A stretch of 64,000 nucleotides of DNA from an uncultured Actinomycetota bacterium (GTDB lineage: Bacteria; Actinomycetota; Actinomycetes; JAHEKZ01): positions 1,984,001 through 2,048,000 of the forward strand of contig CAVQYR010000001.1 of the NCBI GenBank assembly GCA_963718235.1, written 5' to 3'. A program made the translations under genes and the position numbers. Numbering within the stretch: position 1 is the stretch's first letter; each line of letters starts with the position of its first letter. The notes beneath the pieces are model-generated. The model had not been told where the DNA came from and searched no databases. It saw nothing but the letters and a program-made list of their open reading frames with translations. Of this stretch, positions 37,678 through 47,365 are shown piece by piece.

Positions 37678-38771
37678 GCCCCCCACCGCCCGTCGTGCCA
37701 CCTCTGGCTCCGATGCTCGCCAAGTCTGTGCCCCGGGTACCGATGCCGGACACCGTCGAGGGTGGGTTCCTCTACGAGCCCAAGTGGGACGGCTTCCGCT
37801 GCATCGTGTTCAAGGACGGCGACGACGTGGTGCTCGGCAGCCGCAACGAGAAGCCGCTCACGCGGTACTTCCCCGAGCTCGTCGAGGCGGCCCGCGCTCA
37901 GCTCGCCGACCGAGTCGTGCTCGACGGTGAGATCGTCGTCGTGCAGGGCGAGCGACTGGAGTTCGAACGGCTGCTCGACCGGATCCATCCGGCGGCCTCT
38001 CGGGTCGAGCGGCTGGCCCGCGAGACACCGGCGTCCTTCGTCGCCTTCGACCTGCTGGCCAGCGGGGAGGAGTCCTGGCTGGAACGCAGCCAGGACGACC
38101 GCCGGGCCGAGCTGCAGCGGCTGCTCCTCGACGTCGAGCCGCCGTTCCACGTAACACCCGCAACGACCGACCCCGACGTTGCCCAACGCTGGTTCGACCA
38201 GTTCGAGGGTGCGGGTCTCGACGGCGTCGTGGCGAAACCTCGGCTCGCCCCGTACCAGCCCGACAAGCGAGCCTTGTTCAAGGTCAAGCACGGCCGCACC
38301 GCCGACTGCGTGGTCGCCGGCTACCGCTGGCACAAGTCCGGCGACGTGGTCGGCTCGCTGCTGCTCGGCCTGTACGACGGCTCCGGCGCCCTGCACCACG
38401 TGGGCGTCGCCGCGTCCTTCACGATGTCCCGTCGGGCCGAGCTGGTCCGCGAGCTGGCCGAGTACCGGCTGCCCGACGTCGCAGCGCACCCATGGGCGTC
38501 GTGGGCCAACGCCGACTCCGGTGGTGGGACTCCGTCGAGCCGAATGCCCGGTGGGCAGACCCGGTGGAACTCCGGCAAGGACCTGTCCTGGGTCCCCCTT
38601 CGCCCGGAGCTCGTGTGCGAGGTCGCCTACGACCAGCTGCAGGGTGACCGCTTCCGCCACACCGCCCAGTTCCGCCGCTGGCGGCCCGACCGCTCGCCCA
38701 CCTCGTGCACCTACGCACAGCTGGACCAGCCCGTGCGGTACGACCTGCGCGAGGTCCTGGGTCGAGGATGA
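37674..38771 (+). CDS. ligC: ATP-dependent DNA ligase LigC
   Basis: PMLAK, YEPKWDGFR, DGEIV, FDLL, GLDGVVAK, RTADCVVAG, GSLLLGLY, RFRH...RWRPDR motifs. Confidence 0.88.
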   Translation: MSPPPPVVPPLAPMLAKSVPRVPMPDTVEGGFLYEPKWDGFRCIVFKDGDDVVLGSRNEKPLTRYFPELVEAARAQLADRVVLDGEIVVVQGERLEFERLLDRIHPAASRVERLARETPASFVAFDLLASGEESWLERSQDDRRAELQRLLLDVEPPFHVTPATTDPDVAQRWFDQFEGAGLDGVVAKPRLAPYQPDKRALFKVKHGRTADCVVAGYRWHKSGDVVGSLLLGLYDGSGALHHVGVAASFTMSRRAELVRELAEYRLPDVAAHPWASWANADSGGGTPSSRMPGGQTRWNSGKDLSWVPLRPELVCEVAYDQLQGDRFRHTAQFRRWRPDRSPTSCTYAQLDQPVRYDLREVLGRG

Positions 38772-39298
38772 GGCAAGATGGCTCCGTGTTGACGATGCTG
38801 GTGCTGACCGAGAGCGCCCTCCTGCCCCATGACGTCGAACGGCTGGTCGGATTGCACGATGACGTCGGCGAGGTCCGGGTCCACATCTGCGTCCCGGCGC
38901 GGTCGGACGGCACCGGTCTCGAGCAGGCCGACGAGCTCGTCGAGGACGTCGCCCGCACCGACTTCAGCGAGCTGAAGGAGGACGTGGAGGGAAACGACCG
39001 CACCCCGGCCGAGCTGAAGGCCCGCGCGAACCGTCACCTGGCCGCATCGGTCGAGGCCCTCGTCGCCGCGGGCTTGGCCGCCGATGGTGAACTGGTCCCC
39101 GACTCCCCGGTCGACCGGGTCGTCGAGATCGCCGAACAGACCGAGGCCGACGAGGTGATCGTGATCACCGCGCCGCACTGGTTGGAGGAGGTGCTGCGCC
39201 GCGACTGGGCCACCAAGATCTACAAGCGGCTCAAGCACGACCACCGAGAGATCCCGGTCCTCCACTTCATCGCGGGCACCGACACCATCGTGCGCTGA
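38768..39298 (+). CDS. Hypothetical protein, universal-stress-protein-like fold
   Basis: ADEVIVITAPHWLEE..RRDWA...IPVLH resembles the USP-like actinobacterial family. Start may be 38786 or 38795. Confidence 0.55.
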   Translation: MRQDGSVLTMLVLTESALLPHDVERLVGLHDDVGEVRVHICVPARSDGTGLEQADELVEDVARTDFSELKEDVEGNDRTPAELKARANRHLAASVEALVAAGLAADGELVPDSPVDRVVEIAEQTEADEVIVITAPHWLEEVLRRDWATKIYKRLKHDHREIPVLHFIAGTDTIVR

Positions 39299-39319
39299 CG
39301 CCGGCGGGGCCGACCACCG

Positions 39320-42250
39320 ATGAGCAACCCCTTCGAGGGGCACGAGCTCCCCAGCCCCGATCTGGGCGACGCCGACGCCCACCGCCTGCTCACCGAGCGC
39401 TTCGGCGTCGACGGAACGCTGCACCCGCTCGGCAGCCACCAGGACCAGAACTGGAGGGTGGACACCCAGCACGGCCGCTTCGTGCTCAAGGTGTCCAACC
39501 CCGGCTTTCCCCGCACTGGGCTCGAGGCGCAGAACGCGGCGATGCTCCACCTCGCCGCGGCTGGGGTCGACTTCGACGTCCCCGTGCCCCAGCCGTCAAC
39601 GACCGGAGAGCTGATCCCCCAGTGGCAGCACCGCGACCGGGTCTTCGACGTGCGGCTCGTGACCTACCTCGACGGTCAGCCCCTGGCCGACTTCGACCAC
39701 CTGGACCCATCGGTGCTGGGCCGGCAGGGCGCACTGGCCGCTCGTTGCGCGCTGGCCTTGTCGGACTTCGACCATCCCGGTCTCGACCGTGATCTGCAGT
39801 GGGACTGCCGACACGCCTTCGACGTCGTTGCCGCACTCATCCAGCACGTCGCCGACCCGGACCTCCGCGACCTGGTCCTCCGGCACGCGGGGTCCGCAGA
39901 GCATGCCCTGTCTCCGCTGGCACGGGACCTACGCATTCACGTCGTCCACGCCGACGTCACCGACGTCAACGTCGTGGCGTCCAGGGACGCAGCAGGCCGG
40001 CCACTCCCCCATGGGCTGATCGACTTCGGTGACATCTCGCGCACCTGGCTCGTCTCCGACGCCGCCGTCGCCGCGGCCTCACTCGTCCTTCACGACGTCG
40101 ACGACCCACTGCCACTCGTGCGTGATGTCGTGCTCGGCTTCCACGAGGTCATGCCGCTGTCCCAGACCGAGATCGACGCCGTCTGGCCACTGGTGGTCGC
40201 GCGGGCCGCCTTGTGCGTGGTCAGCAGCGAGCAGCAGGCAGCCCTCGAGCCGAACAACGAGTACGCCCAGGAGTCCCGCCAAGGTGACGAGGCGATCATG
40301 CGGGCGGTTGCGGCCGTACCGCCTGCCCTTGCCCAGGCCGTGCTTCGTGCGGCCGCCGGTTTCGTCGCGGTCACCGAGGGGTCGTCACTCCCTCGCCTCG
40401 GCCCGGTCGTGGCCGACCAGCAGACCCTCCAGCCGGTCGACCTGTCGGTCACCTCGACCCGCCTGCTCCCGGATCGATGGAGCCAGCGAGACGACCTCGC
40501 CGCCGCCCTGGCTCCGGCCGGGCCGGGGGCCACCGTCGTCGGCCGCTACGGCGAGGCTCGGCTTCCTGACGCGGTCGACGACAGCCCCGAGGAGCCCGCG
40601 ACCATCCACCTCGGCATCGACGTCTTCTCCGCAGCGGGGACACCGGTGCTCGCCCCGGTCGACGCCGTCGTGTCATCGGTCGCGCCGCTGCGTCTGGCAG
40701 CACCGCGCGCCAGTCACCATCTCGTGCTGGGCGGGGTCGAGCCCATCGTCGCGACCAGGCAGAGTGTGACGACCGGACAGGTCATCGGCTACGTGTCGTC
40801 GGACGCCGGCTCTTCGTGGCCGCCCCATGTGCACGTGCAGTGGGTCGAGCCCGACCTCGAGGCACCCGACCGGTGCCGGCCGTCGGTTCGCTCGGGGTGG
40901 ACCGCCCTGTGCCCGGACCCGTCAGCGTCGCTCGGCGTCCCACCTCCCACCGAGGAACCGACAAGCAGCCGCGAGCTCCTGTCGCGAAGAGACGCGGTCG
41001 TGGCCGCCGTCCAGGAGCACTACTACGCCACTCCCCCCAGGATCGAACGAGGGTGGCGACACCACCTGTACGACGCGGACGCCCGCTCCTACCTCGACAT
41101 GGTCAACAACGTCGCCACGTTGGGTCACTCGCACCCGGCCGTCACGGAGGCGGTGTCCCGCCGACTGCAGCTGCTCAACACCAACTCACGGTTCAACTAC
41201 GAGGTCATCGTCGAGTTCAGCGAGCGACTGGCCGGCCTGCTGCCCGACCCGCTCGACACCGTGTTCCTCGTGAACAGCGGGAGCGAGGCTGTCGACCTGG
41301 CGCTCCGGATCGCCTGGAACGCCACGGGCCATGAGCATGTCCTCGCCGTCGAGAGTGGATATCACGGCTGGACGACGGCCACCGATGCGATCTCGACCTC
41401 CCTGGCCGACAACCCCGACGCGCTGACCACCAGGCCCGACTGGGTGCACACCGTGCTCTCGCCCAACCGCTACCGCGGCCAGCACCGCGGCCCCGATGCC
41501 GCCCAGCGCTACGCCGAGGACGTGGCCCGCGCAGTCGCCGACGTGCGTACTGGCGGCGGTGGTGTCGCCGCGTTCATCGCCGAGGCGCTCTATGGGAACG
41601 CGGGCGGTGTTCTCCTGCCCGCTGGGTACCTGAGCAGCGCCTATGAGACCGTCCGTGCCGCGGGAGGGTTGTGCATCGCCGACGAGGTGCAGGTCGGCTA
41701 CGGGCGGACAGGGCATCACTTCTGGGCGTTCGAGGAGCAAGGCGTCGTTCCCGACCTCGTCACCGTGGCCAAGGCGGCTGGCAACGGCATCGCCCTCGGG
41801 GCGGTCGTCACCACCCGGGCGATTGCCGACGCGTTCGCCGCCCAGGGCTCCTTCTTCTCGTCCGTGGGTGGTAGCCCAGTGAGCTGCGCCGCGGGCCTCG
41901 CGGTGATCGACACGATGCAGTCGGAGGGATCGCAGCAGAACGCGCAGGTCGTCGGTGACCGTCTTCGCCGGCGGCTCGAGCAGCTGGCCGAGCGGCACCC
42001 CCTGATCGGTGCCGTGCACGGCCTGGGGCTTTACCTCGGCGTCGAGCTGGTGCGAGACCAGGTGACGTTGGAGCCCGCCGTCGAGGAGACCGCAGCGATC
42101 TGCGACCGGATGCTCGCCCTGGGCGTAGTTGTTCAGCCGACCGGAGACCACCTCAACGTGCTCAAGGTCAAGCCGCCCTTGTGCCTCACCTCGTCGAGCG
42201 CCGACTTCTTCGTCGACACCCTGGACGAGGTGCTCAGTCGCGGGTGGTGA
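39320..42250 (+). CDS. Fused APH-type kinase + M23-like domain + class III PLP aminotransferase/phospho-lyase
   Basis: Kinase: GSHQDQN, VLK, HADVTDVNV, IDFGD. M23-like: IHLGID..GTPVLAPVD, PHVHVQ. PLP domain: YLDMVNNV..LGHSHP, NTNSRF, NSGSEA, YHGWT, DEVQVGYGR, AKAAGNG, KVKPPLC. Confidence 0.88.
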   Translation: MSNPFEGHELPSPDLGDADAHRLLTERFGVDGTLHPLGSHQDQNWRVDTQHGRFVLKVSNPGFPRTGLEAQNAAMLHLAAAGVDFDVPVPQPSTTGELIPQWQHRDRVFDVRLVTYLDGQPLADFDHLDPSVLGRQGALAARCALALSDFDHPGLDRDLQWDCRHAFDVVAALIQHVADPDLRDLVLRHAGSAEHALSPLARDLRIHVVHADVTDVNVVASRDAAGRPLPHGLIDFGDISRTWLVSDAAVAAASLVLHDVDDPLPLVRDVVLGFHEVMPLSQTEIDAVWPLVVARAALCVVSSEQQAALEPNNEYAQESRQGDEAIMRAVAAVPPALAQAVLRAAAGFVAVTEGSSLPRLGPVVADQQTLQPVDLSVTSTRLLPDRWSQRDDLAAALAPAGPGATVVGRYGEARLPDAVDDSPEEPATIHLGIDVFSAAGTPVLAPVDAVVSSVAPLRLAAPRASHHLVLGGVEPIVATRQSVTTGQVIGYVSSDAGSSWPPHVHVQWVEPDLEAPDRCRPSVRSGWTALCPDPSASLGVPPPTEEPTSSRELLSRRDAVVAAVQEHYYATPPRIERGWRHHLYDADARSYLDMVNNVATLGHSHPAVTEAVSRRLQLLNTNSRFNYEVIVEFSERLAGLLPDPLDTVFLVNSGSEAVDLALRIAWNATGHEHVLAVESGYHGWTTATDAISTSLADNPDALTTRPDWVHTVLSPNRYRGQHRGPDAAQRYAEDVARAVADVRTGGGGVAAFIAEALYGNAGGVLLPAGYLSSAYETVRAAGGLCIADEVQVGYGRTGHHFWAFEEQGVVPDLVTVAKAAGNGIALGAVVTTRAIADAFAAQGSFFSSVGGSPVSCAAGLAVIDTMQSEGSQQNAQVVGDRLRRRLEQLAERHPLIGAVHGLGLYLGVELVRDQVTLEPAVEETAAICDRMLALGVVVQPTGDHLNVLKVKPPLCLTSSSADFFVDTLDEVLSRGW

Positions 42251-42459
42251 TCGCCGGGGGTCGTCATCTCGTGGAACCTTCACCGCGCTCAGCACGGCGA
42301 GCCCTCCACCAGATCACCTCGTCGCCGAGGCTCGGGTGGCTTCGACCGGACAGGACGTGGATCGCAGGTGCCTTGGCCCCTCGATACGGCGGACCAAGGG
42401 CCTTCTCCTCTACCCCAAGACTCGCCGACCCACCAGGCTGAGTGGTGAGGGAGAAGGCC

Positions 42460-43563
42460 ATGGTCCGTGTGGTCGCCTGCACCGTCGCCATCGCCGCTCT
42501 GGCTGTGCTAGGGGCCGGCTGTGGGTCTGAGCCAGTGGCTACGCAGTCTCCTGGCGCAACACCCTCAACGCCGACGACGAGCGCTTCACCTGCAACACCG
42601 CCGCACCGAGAGCAGACGCGTTCGCCTTCCCACCGGCCGACCCCGTCGGACCGGACCCCAGGTGATGTTCTTGATCCGGTCGACGGCACACAGCTTCTCC
42701 TCACCTGGGTTCTGCCGGACCGGAGCCGGGTCCTCGGCACGCTGGTCTACGAGACCGGTGAGCTGCGTCGTCTGGCGACCCTGCGGAAGGAAGTGGCCCC
42801 GGTGGTCGACCCGACGGGTCGGTACGTGGCGATGGTCGCTGCCGAGCACACTCCCGTCTCCTACCAGGGCGACAACTACCCCAGCAACTCGCACGTGGTC
42901 CTGCTCGACCTGGCTACCGGTGAGCGCAGGACGTTGACTCCCCCTCCCACGCGGTGGTCGGACTGGAAGCCGGACTGGTCACTGGACGGACAGTTCGTGT
43001 ACTTCGTCCGATACCGGAGCGACCGCCGGCACCAGCTCATGGCGGTCGACCCGGCGACCGGTGCGGTGAGCGAGATCGCCGGGGCTGAACAGGTGACGTC
43101 GTACGCGCTGGAGCCCGACGGTCGCCACGCATGGGTGAGCTACAGCGCACCTAGCGGACTGCCGGCCGGCTTCCGTCGGCTTGATCTGCAGACGGGCCGC
43201 CTGCATCGCTACGACGGTCACCGGGAGTTCCCGGCCGCAAGTGACGTCGAGCTGTCCGAACCTGCATGGTCACCGGACGGGCTCGCCTTGGCCTGGGCGT
43301 TCAACGGGAGTGACCAGAGCGGCGTCCTGTCCACCCAGACCCTGAACCAGGTGCGGTACCGGCTTCGCTTCGTGGGGCCGCCGAGGTCCACGGCGTGGCA
43401 GGCCCGCTGGCTGCCGTCGGGCCGGCAGGTGCTCGTCCTCGTCGGGCAGAGCTACCGAACGTCCGTACTCATGCTCGTCGCTCCCGGCGCCAAAGCCACG
43501 GCCGTGCCTCTGCCCGACGGCGTAGCTCCACTGTCACTCGATGTATGGACGCCCAGCACGTGA
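42460..43563 (+). CDS. Lipoprotein with TolB/PD40-like beta-propeller
   Basis: Lipobox LGAGC, Pro/Thr linker, PDWSLDG and PAWSPDG repeats. Confidence 0.7.
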   Translation: MVRVVACTVAIAALAVLGAGCGSEPVATQSPGATPSTPTTSASPATPPHREQTRSPSHRPTPSDRTPGDVLDPVDGTQLLLTWVLPDRSRVLGTLVYETGELRRLATLRKEVAPVVDPTGRYVAMVAAEHTPVSYQGDNYPSNSHVVLLDLATGERRTLTPPPTRWSDWKPDWSLDGQFVYFVRYRSDRRHQLMAVDPATGAVSEIAGAEQVTSYALEPDGRHAWVSYSAPSGLPAGFRRLDLQTGRLHRYDGHREFPAASDVELSEPAWSPDGLALAWAFNGSDQSGVLSTQTLNQVRYRLRFVGPPRSTAWQARWLPSGRQVLVLVGQSYRTSVLMLVAPGAKATAVPLPDGVAPLSLDVWTPST

Positions 43564-43771
43564 GGCGCTCCGAGTCCCGTTGACCGGCCCGATGGGTGGA
43601 GATCGATCGCGGGCTGAGGACCCTTCTCGATCTGTGAGGTCCAGACATATGGACGTCGAAGGGTCGTCGCGTGCACGAGCGATGACGTTCGACCCTGCCG
43701 ATGTTCTCGCCATCGCGCCAGGCTTGAGGTGCAGGTCATGGATATGTGTTCTCGCATGAGGGAGGTGTGCC

Positions 43772-44476
43772 ATGACCGTCACGAACTCCACCCGACGAGC
43801 CTCAGGCATCGCGGCGCTGTACCTCGCAGCGGCGCTGGTGGTCGCAATGCTCTACTTCCTCGTCGGCACCAAGATGCCGTCGGTGACCGACCCCGCCGAG
43901 CAGGTCGACCTGCTGATCGACCATCAACTCGGCCTCCACCTCATGTACCTCATCGCGTACGTGGTCTTTGGCCTGGTGCTGGCCGTTCTCGCGCTGGGGC
44001 TGCACGATCGGCTGGCCGGCATCGCACCAACCACCTCGCGGGTGGCCACGGCGGTCGGCCTGATCTGGGCCGGCGTGCTGGTGGCCAGCGGGCTGGTCTT
44101 CATCGTCGGTATGGACTCTGTGGTTGATCTGCACGCGACGGACCCGGCAGGGGCTGTCGTCGCGTGGCAGGCGATCTACCCTGTCACGCTTGGCCTCGGC
44201 GGAGCCGGTGGCGAGGTGCTCGGCGGCACATGGCTGCTGCTGGTGAGCCTGGTGGCGCTGCGCGGACACGCGCTCCCGACCTGGCTGAACTGGTTCGGCC
44301 TTGTGGCTGGCGCCGCGGGGATCATCTCGGCGGTTCCGGGTCTTGCCGACGTCGCGGTGGTGTTCGGGCTGCTGGTCATCGTCTGGTTCGTGGGGCTTGG
44401 CGTCACCCTGCTTCGCGAGCACCCTGCACCTGATGAAGACGTTGCGTCTGCACGTCACGCCGTGGCGGCTGGCTAG
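43772..44476 (+). CDS. DUF4386-like multi-pass membrane protein
   Basis: About 6 TM helices. GLIWAGVLVASG, GGEVLGGTW, LP.WLNWFG pattern. GGAGG RBS. Confidence 0.65.
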   Translation: MTVTNSTRRASGIAALYLAAALVVAMLYFLVGTKMPSVTDPAEQVDLLIDHQLGLHLMYLIAYVVFGLVLAVLALGLHDRLAGIAPTTSRVATAVGLIWAGVLVASGLVFIVGMDSVVDLHATDPAGAVVAWQAIYPVTLGLGGAGGEVLGGTWLLLVSLVALRGHALPTWLNWFGLVAGAAGIISAVPGLADVAVVFGLLVIVWFVGLGVTLLREHPAPDEDVASARHAVAAG

Positions 44477-44493
44477 GACGTGACCGCCACTGG

Positions 44494-45543
44494 CTAAGGC
44501 GCCGGGGTGTCGGTGTTCGCCCTGGTCACACGCTTGGCTCGACTGGGTTGCACCCGATCAGGCTCCCCCGGCATCTTCGGGTAGTTCGGCGGGAACGGCG
44601 CCTCACCCTCTCCTTCGGCCTCGTCGCGGGCCACCCAGTCGAGCAGCGGCTCGAGCGAGAACGCGAGCCCGTCCATCGACTCCTGAAGGTCACCGACCGA
44701 CCGCAGGCGCGCAGGCACGGTGGCAATCGTGCAGTCGAGGGGGTCGACGTCGCCCAGCTCGTCCCAGGTGACCGGTGTCGACACCGTGGCCGTCGCGGTT
44801 CGCCGGACCGAGTAGGCAGAAGCGATCGTGCGGTCACGCGCGTTCTGGTTGTAGTCGACGAACACCCGCTCGCCACGCTCCTCCTTCCACCATTGCGCCG
44901 TGACCCGCTGAGTGTCTCGTCGAACCATCTCGCGGGCCAAGGCAAGTGCGCATCGCCGAACCTCGACGATCGGCCAGCGGGGCTCGATCGGCACGTCGAC
45001 GTGCACACCGCGACCCCCTGAGGTCTTCACGAAACCGGTGTACCCGAGCTCGTCGAGCAGCGGGCGCAGGGTCTCCAGGGCCACCTGCCGGGCGTCACCG
45101 AAGTCGGTACCCGGCTGGGGATCGAGGTCGATCCGCAGCCGGTCGGGGTGCTCGACGTCCGGGCAGCGCGACGGCCACGGGTGGAAGGTGACGGTGCCGT
45201 AGTTGGCCGCCCAGACGACAACCGCCGGCTCGGTGGCCCGCAGCGCATCCGCCTCACGCCCGCTGGGGAAGGTGACCCGGCACCGCTCGACCCACTCGGG
45301 AGCGTGCTTGGGCAGGCGCTTCTGGTACACCTCCTCACCCTCGATGCCGTCGGGGAACCGCTGGAGGTACGTCGGCCGGTCCCCGATCGCGGTGAGCACG
45401 GCGGAAGAGGACTGGACGTAGTAGTCGACAAGGGCCCCTTTGGTCCCGGCCGCTCCCAGCGCAGGGAAGTAGGGCTTCTGCGGGTTCGACACCCGCACCG
45501 AGCGCCCGGCGACATCCACCTCGATCGCGCTGCTTTCCGCCAT
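44494..45543 (-). CDS. LigD-type primase-polymerase domain protein (Prim-PolC, partner of LigC)
   Basis: RFPDGIEGE, YQKR, FHPW, DLDPQPG, KTSGGRGVH, WWKEERG.RVFVD.NQNARDRT, PPNYPKMPGEP.RVQPSR motifs. Confidence 0.88.
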   Translation of the reverse strand: MAESSAIEVDVAGRSVRVSNPQKPYFPALGAAGTKGALVDYYVQSSSAVLTAIGDRPTYLQRFPDGIEGEEVYQKRLPKHAPEWVERCRVTFPSGREADALRATEPAVVVWAANYGTVTFHPWPSRCPDVEHPDRLRIDLDPQPGTDFGDARQVALETLRPLLDELGYTGFVKTSGGRGVHVDVPIEPRWPIVEVRRCALALAREMVRRDTQRVTAQWWKEERGERVFVDYNQNARDRTIASAYSVRRTATATVSTPVTWDELGDVDPLDCTIATVPARLRSVGDLQESMDGLAFSLEPLLDWVARDEAEGEGEAPFPPNYPKMPGEPDRVQPSRAKRVTRANTDTPAP

Positions 45544-45594
45544 CGCTGAACCGTAGCCCTGGCGGGACGGGGATGCGACGCCTACCGTTCCTCC

Positions 45595-45999
45595 ATGGAG
45601 TACGAAGTCAGCAAGGACGACGACCAGTGGCGCAACGAGCTGTCACCCGGTGAGTTCAGGGTGCTTCGCCAGGCCGGCACCGAGTCCCCCTGGACTGGGG
45701 AGTACGTCGACACCAAGACCACCGGCGTCTACAGCTGCCGGGCGTGCGGCAACGAGCTGTTCCGCTCGGACACCAAGTTCGAGAGCCACTGCGGGTGGCC
45801 GTCGTTCTACCAGCCCACCAAGGACGACGCGGTCGAGCTGATCCCTGACTACTCCTCCGGCATGGTGCGCACCGAGGCACGCTGCGCCCGCTGCGGCTCC
45901 CACCTGGGGCACGTCTTCGAGGGTGAGGGGTACGCGGTGCCCACGGACCAGAGGTGGTGCATCAACAGCATCAGCCTGAGGCTTCAGCCCAACGAGTGA
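45595..45999 (+). CDS. msrB: Peptide-methionine (R)-S-oxide reductase
   Basis: CRAC, KFESHCGWPSF, CARCGSHLGHVF, RWCINS motifs. Confidence 0.95.
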   Translation: MEYEVSKDDDQWRNELSPGEFRVLRQAGTESPWTGEYVDTKTTGVYSCRACGNELFRSDTKFESHCGWPSFYQPTKDDAVELIPDYSSGMVRTEARCARCGSHLGHVFEGEGYAVPTDQRWCINSISLRLQPNE

Positions 46000-46020
46000 C
46001 GGGCCATCGCGCCTGGGGGG

Positions 46021-46557
46021 TCAGGCCTCGGTCGGCGCCGCTGAGGCTGCGTCCTGGTCATGCAGCTCGCGCAGCTCCTTGACCAGTGCCTCGATGTCCT
46101 CGTGCTTGTGCTGCATCTCCCGGTGAACCACGTGGGTCGCTTGCGGCAGGACGGCGTCGACGTCGGCCGGCAGCTTCGCGGCGATGACGAGCACCGCACC
46201 TTCGCCGGAGTCGATCGCGGTACCCAGCTCGGAGATGTCCTTGCGGGACACCCCGTGCCACAGGTGTGCGGCGGCACGGCCGACCCCGAGGCCGGCCCCG
46301 GCCGTGACGACGATCAACGGCGGGTACAGCAGACCGACAAGTCCACCCACGATCGTGCCGCTGATGGCGCCGATGTTGCTGTCGGGCTCGAGATGGTTGA
46401 CGACCTTCGCCTTGCCGGTGGCCGTGCGTTCCACCAGTCCCAGCGCGTAGAGGCGCTCGTCCCACAGCTCACGACGCTCCTGGGCGATGCGCTCGTAGTC
46501 GGCTTCGGCGCGCAGGCGGTTGTTGTACGAGCCCACCACGATGACCGGGTTTGACAT
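46021..46557 (-). CDS. DUF1269-like membrane-associated protein
   Basis: Glycine-zipper GAISGTIVGGLVGLL and G.GAVLVI pattern. Confidence 0.55.
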   Translation of the reverse strand: MSNPVIVVGSYNNRLRAEADYERIAQERRELWDERLYALGLVERTATGKAKVVNHLEPDSNIGAISGTIVGGLVGLLYPPLIVVTAGAGLGVGRAAAHLWHGVSRKDISELGTAIDSGEGAVLVIAAKLPADVDAVLPQATHVVHREMQHKHEDIEALVKELRELHDQDAASAAPTEA

Positions 46558-46633
46558 GTCGCCACTCCTCCATCGGCTGTGCTCCGCAGGCTAGCGCGAC
46601 TGGTGTCGAAAAGGGACTACCGAAGGACCCTGC

Positions 46634-47365
46634 TCACGGCAGCGAAGCCACGAGCTCGTCGAAGGGCCGGCGCAGGCCGGTGTAGAAGGGGATCTCCTCG
46701 CGCACGTGCAGACGCGCCTTGGACGCACGAAGGTCACGCATCAGGTCGACGATCCGGTACAGCTCGTCGGCCTCGAACGCCAGGATCCACTCGTAGTCGC
46801 CCAAAGCGAAACCGGCCACCGTGTTGGCGCGGACGTCGGGGTACGCGCGGCCCATCTGCCCGTGCTCCACCAGCATCGCCCGGCGCTCGTCGTCGGGCAG
46901 GACGTACCACTCGTAGGAGCGCACGAACGGGTAGACGCAGACGTAACGACGCGCCTCCTCGTCGGCCAGGAACGCCGGCACATGGCTGCGGTTGAACTCA
47001 GCCGGCCGGTGCAGGGCCATGACCGACCACACCGGCTCGAACTGCCGGCCCACCGCGGTGCGCCGAAACCGCGCGTAGGCCTCCTGCAGGTCGTCTGATG
47101 ACTCGGCATGCCACCACACCATGAAGTCGGCGTCGGCCCGCAGCCCCTGGACGTCGTACACGCCGCGCACGACGACGTCCTTCGCCGCCAGCTGCGCAAA
47201 GAGCTCGTCGACCTCGCTGGCCAGTGCGCGACGGTCGTCGGGGAGTAGACCCTTCACCTTGAAGACCGACCACATCGTGTAGCGGATCACGTCGTTCAGG
47301 TCGCGGGCCTGCTTGCCGGTGATCGTTCGCCCGGCGGGTCCAGGGGTTCCAGCGGTGTCGGTCAT
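46634..47365 (-). CDS. hemQ: Coproheme decarboxylase (HemQ/ChdC)
   Basis: [50 protein letters not shown] motifs. Confidence 0.95.
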   Translation of the reverse strand: MTDTAGTPGPAGRTITGKQARDLNDVIRYTMWSVFKVKGLLPDDRRALASEVDELFAQLAAKDVVVRGVYDVQGLRADADFMVWWHAESSDDLQEAYARFRRTAVGRQFEPVWSVMALHRPAEFNRSHVPAFLADEEARRYVCVYPFVRSYEWYVLPDDERRAMLVEHGQMGRAYPDVRANTVAGFALGDYEWILAFEADELYRIVDLMRDLRASKARLHVREEIPFYTGLRRPFDELVASLP

